A stretch of DNA of 64,000 nucleotides from the human T2T-CHM13v2.0 reference genome, Homo sapiens: the NCBI RefSeq assembly GCF_009914755.1, contig NC_060935.1; one strand, written 5' to 3'. Shown one piece after another: positions 20,711 to 43,754 of this stretch. The stretch's first letter is position 1. Every line of letters starts with the position of its first letter. The notes under the pieces were generated by a model that was not told where the DNA came from, did not search any database, and saw only the letters and a list, made by a program, of their open reading frames with translations. Made by a program: the position numbers and the translations under genes.

Positions 20711-21594
20711 TTTTTTTTACATGTGAGAAGAGATACATCTGGATGTCCTTAGAAGTCAGTTTCACCTCCCCAGACTTCTAGTTCGGCAAGTCTGAATTAG
20801 CCCAATGGAAGAACTGGCTGCTGTTATCAGCCACTGGGTTCCAGGGGCTCCCCTTTCTAACAAGGTCACTCTTCTACAAGGGAGCTTCTAAAGTTACACA
20901 GTCACACAGCTGTTCCCTCCCCTCTGCTGATCCTATTTATAAGTTCCTTTTTCTATCATTCATGTCAGCAAAATATGTTCCTTCCCCATTTCAGCATTAC
21001 GGAAAGTGGGGTAATGAGCGTTCCAGGGATTGCTTGTGCCCTACTTCTCTGCTTGCTCATTTCTCCCTATTAGATCCTATTTTATATCTGCACCACTGAG
21101 CAGAGCTAGTGGTGCAGATATATAACCTCTTTGCATGACAAAGTGCTATACAAAGAAGAAACCTTGGGATAGAGACAGCAGAATAGAAACAAACTCGAAC
21201 TGACCAATGTCAATATCTGCTGATTGCAACTGGCTCTGTCCTCTCAACCAGATATGCTCCTCAGGATGCTTGCATGCATGCAGTGTGATAGGCAGGGGAG
21301 GGGCAGGGTCTGTAGCTCCAGCAGTGCCATCTACTCAGGAGTCCTCCCCAAGGGTCCACTTTCTGTGGCCCTTCATCCACCATGGCTCATCTCAAGAAAT
21401 TAGCAGTCCCTCCCACCTCCCCAAAGAATGAGCTTTTAATAACATGATTCAGGCTAGGCATGGTGGCTCACGCCTGTAATCCCAGCACTTTGGGAGGATG
21501 AGGAGGAAGATCGCTTGAGCCCAGGAGTTCAAGATTGCAGTGAGCTATGATTGCACCACTGTACTCCAGCCTAGGTGACAGAGTAAGACCCTGA

Positions 21595-21800
21595 AAAAAA
21601 AAAAAAAAAGAAAAGAGAAAGGAAAGAAAGAAAAACAGAGAGAGAGAGAGAAAGGGAGGGAGGGAGGAGGGGAGGAGGGGAGAGGAGGGGAGGGGAGAGG
21701 AGAGGAGAGGACAGGAGAGGAGAGGAGAGGAGAGGAGAGAAGAGGAGACTTTAGAGGAGAGGAGAGGAGAGGAGAGGAGAAGAGAGGAGAGGAGAGGAAC
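21595..21800. repeat. Polypurine (GGAGA)n-rich tract
   Basis: An Alu A-tail grading into GA/GGAGA repeats. Confidence 0.92.
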
Positions 21801-21911
21801 AACATGAGTCACATCATGTCAAACTCTCCAAGGCTTTCCATTGCAGTCAATATGTGTTTGCTCCTGTCTTCCTCTCTGTGCTTCCTCACACTGGTGGGTC
21901 ACAGCCCGTGA

Positions 21912-22174
<263 letters not shown>

Positions 22175-22656
22175 TGATCCGCCCACCTTGGTCTCCCAAA
22201 GAGCTGGGATTACAGGTGTGAGCCATCGCGCCCAACCTTGTCCCCTAGTTTTTATTGAAAACCCACATATGACACCTTCTCCAACAGTACCTGAGAGGAA
22301 GGAGAGGCTCTGGAGAATCTGGACTTCAAGACTTCAGCCATATGGGCAGGCCCAAGGTCCTCCCAAACACTGAGTTTTGAGAATGCCAAAGCCACAATCT
22401 GTAATAGCTGGTTGTTGGAGGGAACCTTCAGCTGCCCCTCCCCACTCCCCATCCAAACCCATCTCCTCTCCATGAAGGACAGGCTGTTGGTGGAAATCAT
22501 CTACCAGGCACAGGGGTGACTTTATAAGTTCTAGCCAGGCTGGGGACTGTCAGATTACTTGGTCTGAAGAGCTGCTCTAAAATGCCAGCCCAGGGCCGGG
22601 CACAGTGGCTCACACCTGTAATCCCAGCACTTTGGGAGGCTGAGGCAGGCGGATCA

Positions 22657-23050
<394 letters not shown>

Positions 23051-23572
23051 TCAACCAGGAATAGCTAGATATTTTTATCCTATTAAAGCAGAAGAGCCAG
23101 ATGGAGATCTGGGGGTGCCCTGGTGAAGACAAATAACTTGATGTACCATTAAAATAACATTCTTGGCCAGGCGTGGTGGCTCACGTCTGTCATCCCAGCA
23201 CTTTGGGAGGCTGAAGTCGGGGGGTAGCTTGAGTTCTGGAGTTTGAGCCTGGGCAATGCAGTGAGACAAAAAAATTTAAAAATTAGCTGGGCGTCGTGGC
23301 GTGCGCCGGCGGTCCCAGCTACTCGGGAAGCTGAGGCGGGAGGATTCCTTGAGCTCGAGGCTGCAGTGAGCTGTGATCGCGCCACTGCACTCCAGCTGTG
23401 GTAACAGTGAGTCCCCCATCTCAAAAAAATAAATAAGTGAAATAAAATAACATTCTTTAAATACTCGTTCAAATGTACTTAGTGGGGACGAAATGAATAC
23501 TTTTCTGTTAATACAACAGTATATTTAAATTAAAAACAATAACTGCAAATACATTTACTGTATGTAAATATA

Positions 23573-23655
23573 TACAGTGGGGTTAGCGGTGGGTTCCAGG
23601 ACCCCCATGGACACCAAAATCTACAGATGCTCAAATCCCTTATATAAAATGGCAT
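23573..23655 (+). mobile_element. MER2 (Tigger) 5' fragment
   Basis: GGTTCCAGGACCCCC...ACCAAAATC...GATGCTCAA...TTATATAAAATGGC. Confidence 0.65.
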
Positions 23656-24484
23656 TGGCCAGGCGCGGTGGCTCACGCATGTAATCCTAGCACTTTGGGA
23701 GGCTGATCACCTGAGATAAGGAGTTCAAGACCAGCTTGGCCAACATGGCAAAACCCCGTTTCTACTAAAACTACAAAAATTAGCCGAGAGTGGTGGAGGC
23801 ATATCCCTATAATCCCAGCTACTGGGGAGGCTGAGGCAGGAGAATCACTTAAATCCGGGAGGCAGAGGTTGCAGTGAGCCAGATCGTGCCACTGCACTAC
23901 GGTCTGGGCGGCAGAGCAAGACTCCATCTCAAAAAAAAAAAAAAAAAAAAAGTCAATGGTAATGATGGATCACTTAAAAATTGCACTCTTTATGTTCAAA
24001 ATAGAGATGTATTTTACGCACTGAATGTAGCATACTTTTTTGAGGAGAATAAATAGTTAATACATTCACAAGGTTTAAAATTCAAATGATACAAAAGGGT
24101 GAATTAAAATCTCTCTCCTGGTCAGGCAGAGTGATTCATGCCTATAATCTCAGCACTTTGGGGAGGCTAAGGCGGGAGAATCACTAGAGCTCAGGAGTAT
24201 GAGACCACCCTGGACAACACAGCAAGACCTCATCTCTACTAAAATAAACAAAATTAGCCAGGCATGGTGGCACACACCTGTAGTCTCAGCTACTCAGGAG
24301 GCTGAGGTGGCAGGATCGCGTGAGCCTGGGATATCATGGCTACAGTGAGCTATGATCCCACCACTCCACTCCAGGCTGGGTGACTGAGCGAGACCCTGTC
24401 TCAGAAAAAAAAAAAAAACTCCTCTTTCCCATTCATATTCTCCAACCATTGAAACCATTCAGTTCCGTCCCATAATAGTTATCT

Positions 24485-25355
<871 letters not shown>

Positions 25356-25707
25356 CCTCCCATGGAGTTTCTTAGGTGTCCTTCTATAAATATTTTGTAC
25401 ATATTTAAATATTCACAGACAAATGACTCCACTTCAAGCCAGAAACCTGAGTGTCTTTCCTAAATTCTCCTTTTCCCTCAAGATCTACACCCAATCCATC
25501 AGCAAGTTAGCAAAATCTCCAAAATGCATGCAAAATCCATCTATTTCTCACCATCTCTGTTGCCACCACCCCCCTTCCAAGTCACATCCATCTCCTGCCT
25601 GCCTCCTAGTCTTCCTGCTTCCACTGTGGTTGCACTTAAAGCCATTCTCACACAGCAGGTAAAGGGAGCTTAAAAACAGAAATCACATCATGTTATTTCT
25701 TTGCTGA

Positions 25708-25908
<201 letters not shown>

Positions 25909-26040
25909 TAGCTGGAACTGCAGGCACACGCCACCACGCCCAGCTAATTTTTGTATTTTTAGTAGAGACGGGGTTTCACCATGTTGGCCAGGATGGTCTC
26001 GATCTCTTGACCTTGTGATCAGCCCGCCTCGGCCTCCCAG

Positions 26041-26523
26041 TGTAGGGGTTCAATCAGGATGGTGGGAAAAATTGTAAAATAAACACAAACCTTGGAAGGC
26101 CAGAAGGTTTTTGCAAAAGCCTCAGGATAGAGTTATGGCTGAAGGCAGCCTAATCCTCTTTGAGCTATAGCAAGGGTAATTAACATAGGAATGTAGAGGA
26201 GTCTATTTAAATAGCTTGTTTACTCATGTGGTCCTAAGACTAACCTTTGACCATCCACGGGTCCATGATTGCTGTCTACTCTGGGGGTCAGCAATGGTAA
26301 TTACCTTCTAGTGGTGTTTACTTGAGACTTTTGTCATTTAATGTGTGCTGAATAAATGCTGGGAGGGCCAACGAGTAGGGGCCGCAGTTGCAACTCTTTA
26401 CAGCACTCTCCTGGGAGTCTGTAAGCGGCCCAGACTCTCAGCCAGACTGACAAGCATAATATCTGTGTCAGTGTATGTTACTCATTCATCATTGGGTTAG
26501 GGTCTGCAGGATGGACCCCCACA
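26041..26523 (+). mobile_element. Solo LTR22-like LTR (HERV-K HML-5) inserted into an Alu
   Basis: TG...CA termini; start TGTAGGGGTTCAATCAGGATGGTGGGAAAAA; internal TATTTAAA and AATAAA; 6-bp TSD TCCCAG/TCCCAA; the Alu resumes exactly at 26524. Confidence 0.82.
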
Positions 26524-26957
26524 TCCCAAAGTTCTGGGATTACAGGTGTGAGCCACCGCGCCAGGACACTCTCCCCTTTTTTATTCACGAAGGTACAGCC
26601 TCTTTGCTCTCATTTGAGAGCAGGCTCTTCTCTGCCCCAGGGCCTTTGGAACAGCTGCTTCTTCAGACTAGGCTCCTCTTCCTCTTGGGGTTTCACTCCT
26701 TTTTTTCTCCTTTGTGCAATTGCTTAGATATTATTCCTCAAGAAGGGCTTCCCTGACCATAATTTCCCCTGCCTACTGTACCATCATTTCTATTACAACA
26801 TGCTGTTTATTTCCTTTAGTATTCATCATATTATCTTGCTTAGGTATTGGTTGTCTTCTATTTTTCCTCTCTCCTCTTTTCAGAACTTAAGGACTTTGTC
26901 TTTTCACTGATGGATACTCTGCACCAAGTATAATGTCTAGTATACAATAAGGGTTCA

Positions 26958-27280
<323 letters not shown>

Positions 27281-27869
27281 TCAAAAACCAAAAAAAAAAA
27301 AAAAGGAGGACATGAACAGTGACATTACCTTATGGTATAATAAAGGGAAGCCCTTGACTATGGGAGCCTGGAGGAAGCTCATAGCACGGGCAGAGAACCC
27401 TGGGGATTCTGGCAGGACTTCCTGGGGCTGTGGTGTTAGAGCTGTGTTCAAAGGGATGCATCTGAGGATGTTGGGCTGCAGGCAGTTGGGATGCCAGGCA
27501 ACCTCCAGAAAACAGGGTCGCTTTAATAAGTGGAGCAGATATCATAGTGCTTATGAGCACCAACCCTAGAAAAAGATATTTTAGGCCAGGTACAGTGGCT
27601 CACACCTGTAATCCCAGTGCTTTGGGAGGCCGAGGCAGGAGGATCACTTGAGCCCAGGAGGTCAAAACTACAGAGAGCTATGATCGTGCCACTGCACTCC
27701 CAGCCTGGGGGACAGAGCAAGACTCTGTCTTTTTTTTTTTTTTTTTAAAGAAGAAAAAGAAAAAGAAAAAAAAGGGGGGCATTCTAATGTGGGATCCACT
27801 GACTCATGTAATTATGAGGTCTATGAACTTGGATGGGGAAATAATTACATTTAATATTCTCTAACCCTT

Positions 27870-28660
<791 letters not shown>

Positions 28661-28959
28661 CCTATAATGAAAATTAGCATTTCCTTCGATTACGAATGTA
28701 GACAACTGCAGTAGTATTAGTAGTAACTGTGACTATGTCATTAACAGAATTCACAGCTATTTTCACACTACATTACAGTTGTTCCACATATCTTTAAATA
28801 TCCTTCATTCTCATTATTCCTTCAAAATTAGGATTTATCAGACCTGCTGCTAGGTCTGGTTGTTGAACGTGTGAAGGAAGAAGCACATATATTACTATAT
28901 CTCAAGTATGCTTTTAAAAATAGCTTGATAATTAAATTTCAGTCATATTAGTTTTCTTT

Positions 28960-29580
28960 TGTTGAAGTCAAAATAAAAATGTTGAGACGGCCCAGGCTTG
29001 GTAGTTTATGCCTGTAATCTGAATACTTTGGGAGGTGGCCAGAGGATTGCTTGAGCCCAGGAGTTTGAGATCAGCCTGGGCAACACGGGGAGATCTTGTC
29101 TCTACAAAATAATAATAGTAATAATAACAATAATTAATAAATAAGTAGAGACAAATCTCTAAATTTAAATTTTTATTTGAGAAAAAAGAATTGCAATTTG
29201 GGGCATGCATGCAGACTGGGTGCTCTTTAGTACGACCAAAGAGCAAACAGAAGGTTGGAGGTTTTATAAAAAAAGAGAAATGTTACATATTGCTCTCTGA
29301 GAAAGTTCCTTGGCACGAGGAAGGTTCTGGGGAGTTGGCAAGTTCTGATTGGTAAGCGATGGCGGTGGGCAAAATTAGTCCTAGAGTTTCAGGAAGTTAT
29401 CTCAGCAGTTATAGATCAAACTGGTCTCAGGTTATAGCAGGCAGTTTCAGCAGCCAGGCTTGCAGGAAATTATATTCTACTGCAATGTAATGTGTCCTAA
29501 ATGTTTTCTCCCCCTGGCTTCTTGACTCTGTTTTAGTTGGGTCTGATGAGAATGACCCAATTTGCATGATCAACTTCCAA
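28960..29580 (-). mobile_element. ERV1 MER4-group LTR (MER67-like) with an inserted Alu monomer
   Basis: Minus strand AATTGGGTCATTCTCATCAGACCCAACTAAAACAGAGTCAAG. Confidence 0.6.
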
Positions 29581-30802
29581 ACTTTTTAATCCTATGGTTT
29601 TTCATACTTAAAGACATGCTTCTGGGCCAGGCATGGTGGCTGACTCCCATAATCCCAGCACCTTTGGGAGGCCAAAGTAGGAGGATCCCTTGGGCTCAGG
29701 AGTCTGAGACCAGCCTGGGCAATGTAGTGAGACCCACGTCTCTACTAAAAATAAAAAAAATAATAATTAACCAGGCATGGTGGTACATGCCTGTAGTCCC
29801 AGCTACTCAGGAGGCTGAGGCAGGATGATCACTTGAGCCTGGGAGATCAAGACTGCAGTGAAGCTATGATAGCGCCATTGCCATTGCCATTGCATTCTAG
29901 TCTGGGTGATAGAGTGAGACCCAGTCTCAAAAACAAAACAAAACAAAGCATTATTCTGAAGAGGGGTCCATTGATGGACACTTGGGTTGCTCCCAGCTAT
30001 TGGCTATTGTGAATAATGCTGCTATGAACACGGGTGTACAAATATCTGTTCAAGTCCCTGCTTTCAACTCGTGTGTGGGTATCCCCAGAAGTGGATTGCT
30101 GGATCATATGGTCAATTGTTTTATCTCTGTTTTATAGCAGGGGTTTTGACATATCTCTCTTGGTCACCAGACCTAGAATTGTCCAAGAACTCTGGAGGCG
30201 TATTTCACACAAAGAGGATAGTCCTGCTCCCAAATTCCACCAAGTGCAAGGATCCCTGGACCATGGCTGATTCACAGCCCTGAACAGACCACAGGGGCTC
30301 TTCCAACTCAGGCCCTCCTGCCGAGTGCTGCCCCCAGCCAGATAAGCAGGCTGGATTCTCTGAGTTCCTTTCTCCTGTTCAGTCACTGCATGTATTCTCA
30401 AAACATAGAAATTCATTCTTTCTGGAGGGAGCCATGAGCTGAGCATAAGCAAGGCTATGTTTCCAGTATTCCTTACAGCGAGAGACTTTGAGGCCTTTCG
30501 CATCTTTTCCTGCAGGCTCAGCTAGTACCAGATCAACCAAGAATGTTATAAAAATATGACCTCAATGCTTCTGGGAGGCTCACTGGCTGAAACGTAAAGT
30601 TCTCTACTTCCTTCCCAGGGACCAGATCAATGGGTAAGAGGAAAGGTCTTCTTTAAGACACCAGAGGCCTGTATCACCCTTCTCCCAAAACACCGGTATC
30701 AATTTATGCTATATTTACATAACCAAAGTAGCCATTCAAGTAACTCCTCAATAAAGTTCTGCTCCCTGGAGCCTTGCTGTCTCTGCTCAAATGTGTAGGC
30801 TA

Positions 30803-31426
<624 letters not shown>

Positions 31427-31739
31427 CTATAAAGAGTTGGGATTTGTGCCATGTTATGACCTGAAGACTAGAGTTCATGTCTAAATTATTCATACCCCTA
31501 CTTTTAAAGCATAAAACTAAAAACATAATCTCAAACATGCTTGCTGTTATCACCAGTCATTGATGTGGAATGGGTTGCTTGGGTGGCACATGGAGTTTTT
31601 TGCACTGTGTAAAAGGGCCATGCATGGGCACAGTGGCTCATGCCTGTAATCCCAGCATTTTGGGAGGCCAAGGCAGGAGGACTGCTTGAGCCTAGGAGTT
31701 TGAGACCAACCTGGGCAAAATAGTAAAACTTCATCTCTA

Positions 31740-32054
<315 letters not shown>

Positions 32055-32339
32055 TTAACCAGTGTATTAGCAAATGTCAATGGCAGACCCAGATACAGGG
32101 ATGAGCTGGGAAATCCAACAAAGTTGACATATCTAGGACATAGAAGGAAGCTGGTGCAGCCAGGATACCCAGAAGTGAGATCAACAACAGCGGGAGAGGT
32201 GGGGCCTTTGGATCCCTTCAAAAGGCTTCCCCAAGGAGACACAGCTGTGGATGATGAGTCTGAGTGGGTAGGGGTCCTACCACCACCCCCTCTAAACTCT
32301 CAGCTGTTGCTCCTCCCTTTACAACTGCAACCCCAGTAC

Positions 32340-33480
<1,141 letters not shown>

Positions 33481-33489
33481 GGTGAGGTA

Positions 33490-33955
33490 GCTATTGTCTG
33501 AAGATTGTCCCTAGAGAGCCATGTCACCAGTATTCACAGCCTTGTGTAGTATCCTCCCTTTACATCTGGGCTGGGCCTGTGACTCACTCTAACCAATAGA
33601 CTGTGGCAGAGTGACACTTGCCGGTTCTAGGCCTAAGCCTTAAGAAGGTCTTCCACTTTCGCATTCTTGGGATCCAGCCGCCATGTTATGATGCCCAGGC
33701 TAAGCCACGTGGAAGGAGAGGTCACAGCTTTTGGCCATCCTGGTGCCACACATGTGACACCAAGGAGGTGTCAACTTGCATATTCATCCCCAGCTTCAAT
33801 CTGACTGTAACCTCATGAAATACCCCTGTGAGATCCAGAAGAACCACCCAGCTGTCACCGTCAACCCACAGAATGGTGAGAGGTAATAAAACACTTGTTG
33901 TTCTAACCTATTAAGTTTGGAGGTGGTTTGCCACACAATAATAGTTAACTGAAAC
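33490..33955 (+). mobile_element. MLT1-type LTR
   Basis: GGGCTGGGCCTGTGACTCACTCTAACCAATAGA...TAAGTTTGGAGGTGGTTTG...TAACTGAAACA. Confidence 0.7.
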
Positions 33956-34119
33956 ACAAGGTTTTGATCAAATGTTTGACCACTGCATAACAAGGATCAC
34001 AAGCTTCCCAGTCAGCAATGTCTGAGTCTTTGCCATCTGCCACCCACCTGCATTCATTAATTAAGCATTTAGGTTCTGTCACTTGTAGTAGTCTTTTTCC
34101 AGGTGCCAAATTTTATATC

Positions 34120-34595
34120 AATTAGAATCAGCTTTGCCTGTGATTGACAGAAAAAATAAAGTAATAGTGGCTTAAACTAAATAAACGTTTATTTCTCTCT
34201 CTCATAAATGAAGTCCAGAGATAAGTCCTGTGTCTCTTCCACAGTTTCAGGGACCCAGGCTCCTTCTGTCTTGTTGTTCTTCCACCATCAACATATAGCT
34301 TTTCTCTCCCAGTCCAAGATGGCTGCTCCAATTCCAGCCAAAATGGCTGCTTTCCAACCAACAGAAGGTGAAAGAGACAAAGAAAGATGTCTCTCTCCCT
34401 CTAAGGACATTTTCTGAAGTTGCACAGGACACTTCTGCCAGTATTTCATTTGCCAGAATTTACTCACATAGCCACACTAAGTTCAAAGATAGGCTAGGAG
34501 ATGTGGTCTTTATTCCAAGTGGCTATGTACCCAGATGTAGATCTAGGGTTCTAAGGAAGAATGAATACTGAGGATAGACTAGCAGTCTCTGCTGT
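34120..34595 (-). mobile_element. MLT1J-like LTR
   Basis: AGTGGCTTAAAC...TTTATTTCTCTCTC, CAAGATGGCTGCTCCA, GGATAGACTAGCAGTCTCTGC. Confidence 0.65.
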
Positions 34596-34755
34596 CAATT
34601 GCTCTGATTACACTGGTTTTCTGATCAATCCTGATTTCTGGAGAACAGGTCTCCTCCTCTGTTCTTATTTTTCATACTTTTGACAATTCTTTTTTTAAAA
34701 AGAAATTTATTAATATTCTAGCTGGAACTACATGAAATTTATATAGTAATTTTAA

Positions 34756-35067
<312 letters not shown>

Positions 35068-35822
35068 TAGCCAGGATGGTCTCGATCTCCTGATCTTGTG
35101 ATCCGCCTGCCTCAGCCTCCCAAAGTGCTGGGATTACAGGCGTGAGCCACCGCGCCTAGCCGCGGTTTTCTTTTTATGGGTTCAATACTCTTCTAAAGAA
35201 AATGTATTCTGAAGTATTTCATAGTTTTGGTTGCTATCATAAGTATAATCCCCACCACCATTTTGTTTCCTGGTATTCATTTTAAGAGTAAAAAGAGACT
35301 GACACTTTTGCTTCCAAGTATAATACAGCAGCCTTTGGCATTGAGTGCTCCTGCTGAGAACGACAAGAAACGCCAGATAAAATAGCCTCTCACAAGAACC
35401 CCACACCTTGTCCCAAACCAAATATATAAAGGCAATGAAGATCTGCTGAACCAACCAGGCCTAGGGGGCCAGTGTTCCAGAGGAGGGAATGGAGGGAAGG
35501 GGAGCTAACAGTCTGCAGCTGCTTTTTATTCCTCATTGTAAAGTTTTCTTTAAAAACAAACAAACAAACAAACAAAACAGGTTTTTCGCTTTTTTTTTTT
35601 TTTTTTTTTTTTTTGAGACAGAGTTTCACTCTTGTCGCCCAGGCTGGAGTGCAATGGCACGATCTTGGCTCACTGCAACCTCCACCTCCCAGGTTCAAGC
35701 AATTCTCAATTCTCTTGTCTCAGCCTCCCAAGTAGCTGGGGTTACAGGTGCCTGCCACCACTCCCAGCTATTTTTTTTTTTTTTAGACGGAGTCTCACTC
35801 TGTCACCCAGGCTGGAGTGTAA

Positions 35823-35945
<123 letters not shown>

Positions 35946-36808
35946 TAGTAGAGATGGGGTTTCATCGTGTTAGCCAGGATGGTCTCGATCTCCTGACCTT
36001 GTGATCCACCTGCCTCAGCCTCCCAAAGTTCTGGGATTACAGATGTGAGCCACTATGCCCAGCCCTAATTTTTGTATTTTTAGTAGAGACGGGGTTTCAC
36101 CATGCTGGCCAGGCTGGTCTTGAACTCCTGACCTCAGGTGATCTACCCACCTCAGCCTCCCAAAGTGCTGGGATTACAACCGTGAACCACCGCACCCAGC
36201 CGGTTTTTTGCTTTATATATTTATCTTATATGCAGTCACCTTGCCCAATTCTTTTATTAATTCTAGCAGTTTTTACTAGAATCTCTTCTGTTTACTAGAC
36301 ATATTATTTCTAGCAGTAAAAAGAATTTTATTTTATTTTTTTAAGTTTATAGCAGCTATTTTATTTTCTTATTTTCGTATTTTGAGATCTGGCTCAACCT
36401 GGGTAAAATAACCAAACATTTGACCAATAGAAAGAGTTGCTGATGTCTTGGATAATGGAATAAAGAAGTTCACTAAAAGGTAGTGAAGCCCTTACCTGCT
36501 GGGCTCTGTGTCATCCTCCTAATCCTCCCAACACTCACATGAGGAGGGCAGTGCTCTCTCCACCTACAGAAGAGGAAAGGAGACTTAGAAGCGTTCAGCA
36601 ATTTGTTCAAATCTCATAGTGGGGGTGGCAAGAGTGGGTGTGGGGGGTGGGGCAAGAGGGAGAGAGGAACCCAGGCCAGAGTTGCCACCACCTCGTCTTC
36701 TCTCCACCGTCCTACACTGAGTTCTGAAAGGAGTTTTAAGTTTTCCTAAAAGAATTATCTGTCAATTCAACAAAGTATTATATGTGAATCTTCATAGATG
36801 ACAAATGA

Positions 36809-38700
<1,892 letters not shown>

Positions 38701-38768
38701 TTCCCAAACCTGGTGTTTCCAATTGATTCAAATTGGGAGTTAATGGAAGGAAGACATCCTCTTCTTCC

Positions 38769-39169
38769 CTGCATTAGTCAGGGCTCTCCGGAGCAACAGA
38801 AATAGTAGGAGATATATACATATACAAAGAGATTTATTTTAAGGGATTGGCTTATATGATTGAGGGGGCTGGCAAGTCTAAAATCTGCAGAGCAAGCTGG
38901 AAACTCTCAGGCTGGGGCTGAGGCTACAGTTCAATCCACAGGCAGAATTTCTTCCTTCTCAGGGAAACCTGTTTTGCTTGTTAGACCCTTCAACTGATTG
39001 GTGAGGCCCACCAATTATCAAAGATAATTTCCTTTACTTAACTTCAAATGATTGTATAGGTCAACCAAATCTACACAATATTTTTACAGCAACACCTAGA
39101 TTAGTGTGTTAGATTGAGTAACTGGGGACTATAGCCTAGCCAGGTTGACACATAAAACTAACCATTACA
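38769..39169 (-). mobile_element. Solo MLT2-type LTR
   Basis: Minus strand begins TGTAATGGTTAGTTTTATGTGTCAACCTGG; 5-bp TSD CTTCC on both sides. Confidence 0.82.
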
Positions 39170-39309
39170 CTTCCTGGCTGGAGTGCAGTGGTGCATTCCA
39201 TCTCCTGAGCTCAAGCGATCCTACCACCTCAGCCTCCTTCGTAGCTGGGACCACAGGTGCATACCACCACGCCCTAGCCTTAAAAAAAATTAGAAAAATA
39301 TTTTATTAG

Positions 39310-41550
<2,241 letters not shown>

Positions 41551-41556
41551 TTATCA

Positions 41557-41727
<171 letters not shown>

Positions 41728-43169
41728 TTAAAGTGTTTTCTTTTCTTTTTTTTTTTTTTTTTTTTTGAGACGGAGTTTAGCTCTTGTTGTCCAGGTTGGA
41801 GTGCAGTGGTGAAATCTCGGCTCACCACAATCTCTGCCTCCCGGTTCAAGCAATTCTCCCGCCTCAGCCTCCCTAGTAGCTGGGATTACAGGCATGTGCC
41901 ACCACACCCAGCTAATTTTGTATTTTTAGTAGAGATGGGGTTTCTCCATATTGGTCAGGCTGGTCTCGAACTCCCGATCTCAGGTGATCTGCCCGCCTTG
42001 GCCTCCCAAAGTGCTGGGATTACAGGCATGAGCCACAGCGCCCGGCCATTTAAAATGTTTTCATAAGCACTTTTACTTTTGCTCAAATTGCATCTTGATA
42101 TAAACTTCAAGTTTTTTAAAATAAAGATAATATAAATTATTCTCATTATATTATACTCTCTAGAAAATGTAAGTAGTACATTTGAATTTGATGAGCCAGT
42201 CCACTATTTCCTAAACAATGTATTATCTGTGGGCTGTTCATTCACCAGGGACACTTGAAATGGCAAAATCTTTTCCTCTCTGCCAATGGTTCTGTGCACC
42301 ATAGCCACAAAGAAATGTAAAAGTTACTTGTTGGCTTATTAGTCTCAATAAGTTTTAGTTGATTGAACAAACAAAGTCTCTCACAGCCAGGACTGCTGCG
42401 GCTGGAATTCCTGACATACTGTCATACCTCTCACTCGTCAATCTACACTCTCCTCCCATCTACACAGCTCTGGAAATTAAAAACAATCCAACCATGACTA
42501 TCATGGCTTCAGAGGTCTATGAACTCCCAGGAATTATACGCAGATTTTTTCCTGAGGACAGTCTACACTTCCTTATTGGCTTCTCAAAGAGGGTCACTGA
42601 CCAGCTTTTAGAGACATGGGCCAAGTCCGGCTACGTTTAGATTCGGTAGTAGTGTCTGTGGTTTTAGTTTGCCACGTCCTTTCCTCTTTTTTTCGTCATA
42701 GTGCCCGCTCTTTGGGAGGTAGGGGAGAGTCTTCCCCTGAAGTCTCCACTGCTGCTGGAGAACCTTCCTTTTTCATCTGGTTGCTAAATCCAGAGAATGA
42801 AATCTAGGAGATGATTGCACCGTCCCCGCCCCTCAACATGAAGGATGCCCCACTGCCCATCGGGGAGGGGAGCAGGGAGAGCTGGAGAGAGGCTGGGTCG
42901 GGGCAGGACCCAGGCGCAGATCCTCCGAGGCCAGCTGCAGCCCTACCTACCTGCCTTCCCGTCTTTCCCCTCCCTTCTTTTCTCCTTCTGTCTTTCCTTC
43001 CTTCCATATCTCTTTCCTTGCCTCTTTCCCCCTCCCACTGCTTCCTTTCTTCCTTCCACTGTGGAGGTGGAAAATTTAGCTAGGAGAAGCTGGGACTGGG
43101 ACGTTCCAGGAACCAGACAGAGAGTGAGTTAAAGGCACAGAGATGAAAACGCGGTATGGGAGAGCTGGT

Positions 43170-43736
43170 TCTTGAGTCGGCTAAGAGGGGATGAACTCAA
43201 TGGTTAATAGGATTGGCCATGGCGAATCCCTCAGCAGGGCACGCACCGCACAAAGGGCCGAGGAGCGAGGGTAGCTCGAGGTCAGGATTACAGAGACTCA
43301 GGAGCAAGAGAGGAAGGCTTAAAGAGCCAGACTGCGCAGCCAGGACTGGGGTGATGGGCGCTGTCCTGCCAGGCCAAAGAATGAAGATGTAGCCCCGCCC
43401 CCAACCTAGGGAGGAGGACCAGCCCGGTTCCTGTCCTGCCCCCGCAACCTCGCCCCGATTCCACTCCGGGAACCTCGGCGATGCTGAGCCAAGACCACTT
43501 CTGAATCAGGGATGACTTGTCTAGTGAACCTAGGGTCAGAGCCATCAGTTGGAAAGGCTGGGAGGAGCCTGGAGAAAGAGGGCGACCTTCCTTGGGATCT
43601 GTGCGCTCCCTCCTTGCCTCCCCCTCCAGCCTCCCACTTGGTAGCACCTTCCTGATCCCCTTATCTCTAAGGCGCTCAGGGAAATGCCCCGCTGCGGGAG
43701 CCTTCTGGGAAATGCTGCCCTGGCCACCCAGGAACC
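43170..43736 (+). promoter_or_regulatory. PLEKHB1: Upstream PLEKHB1 promoter / 5' UTR of exon 1a (TSS not determinable from sequence)
   Basis: Locally CpG-enriched unique DNA ahead of the ATG; CRX/OTX-type GGATTA (43285-43290) and GGCTTA (43316-43321); GC box near 43393. Confidence 0.6.
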
Positions 43737-43754
43737 ATGAGCCCTGCAGCCCCG
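43737..43754 (+). CDS. PLEKHB1: PLEKHB1 coding exon 1a (MSPAAP)
   Basis: ACC-ATG-AGC-CCT-GCA-GCC-CCG followed by donor GTAAGG; joins exon 2 in phase 0. Confidence 0.93.

Noticed and set aside
42180-42700. Unique-looking segment with a 93-aa ORF upstream of the promoter
   Set aside because: Could not be assigned to any gene or repeat; non-ATG start; needs a database search
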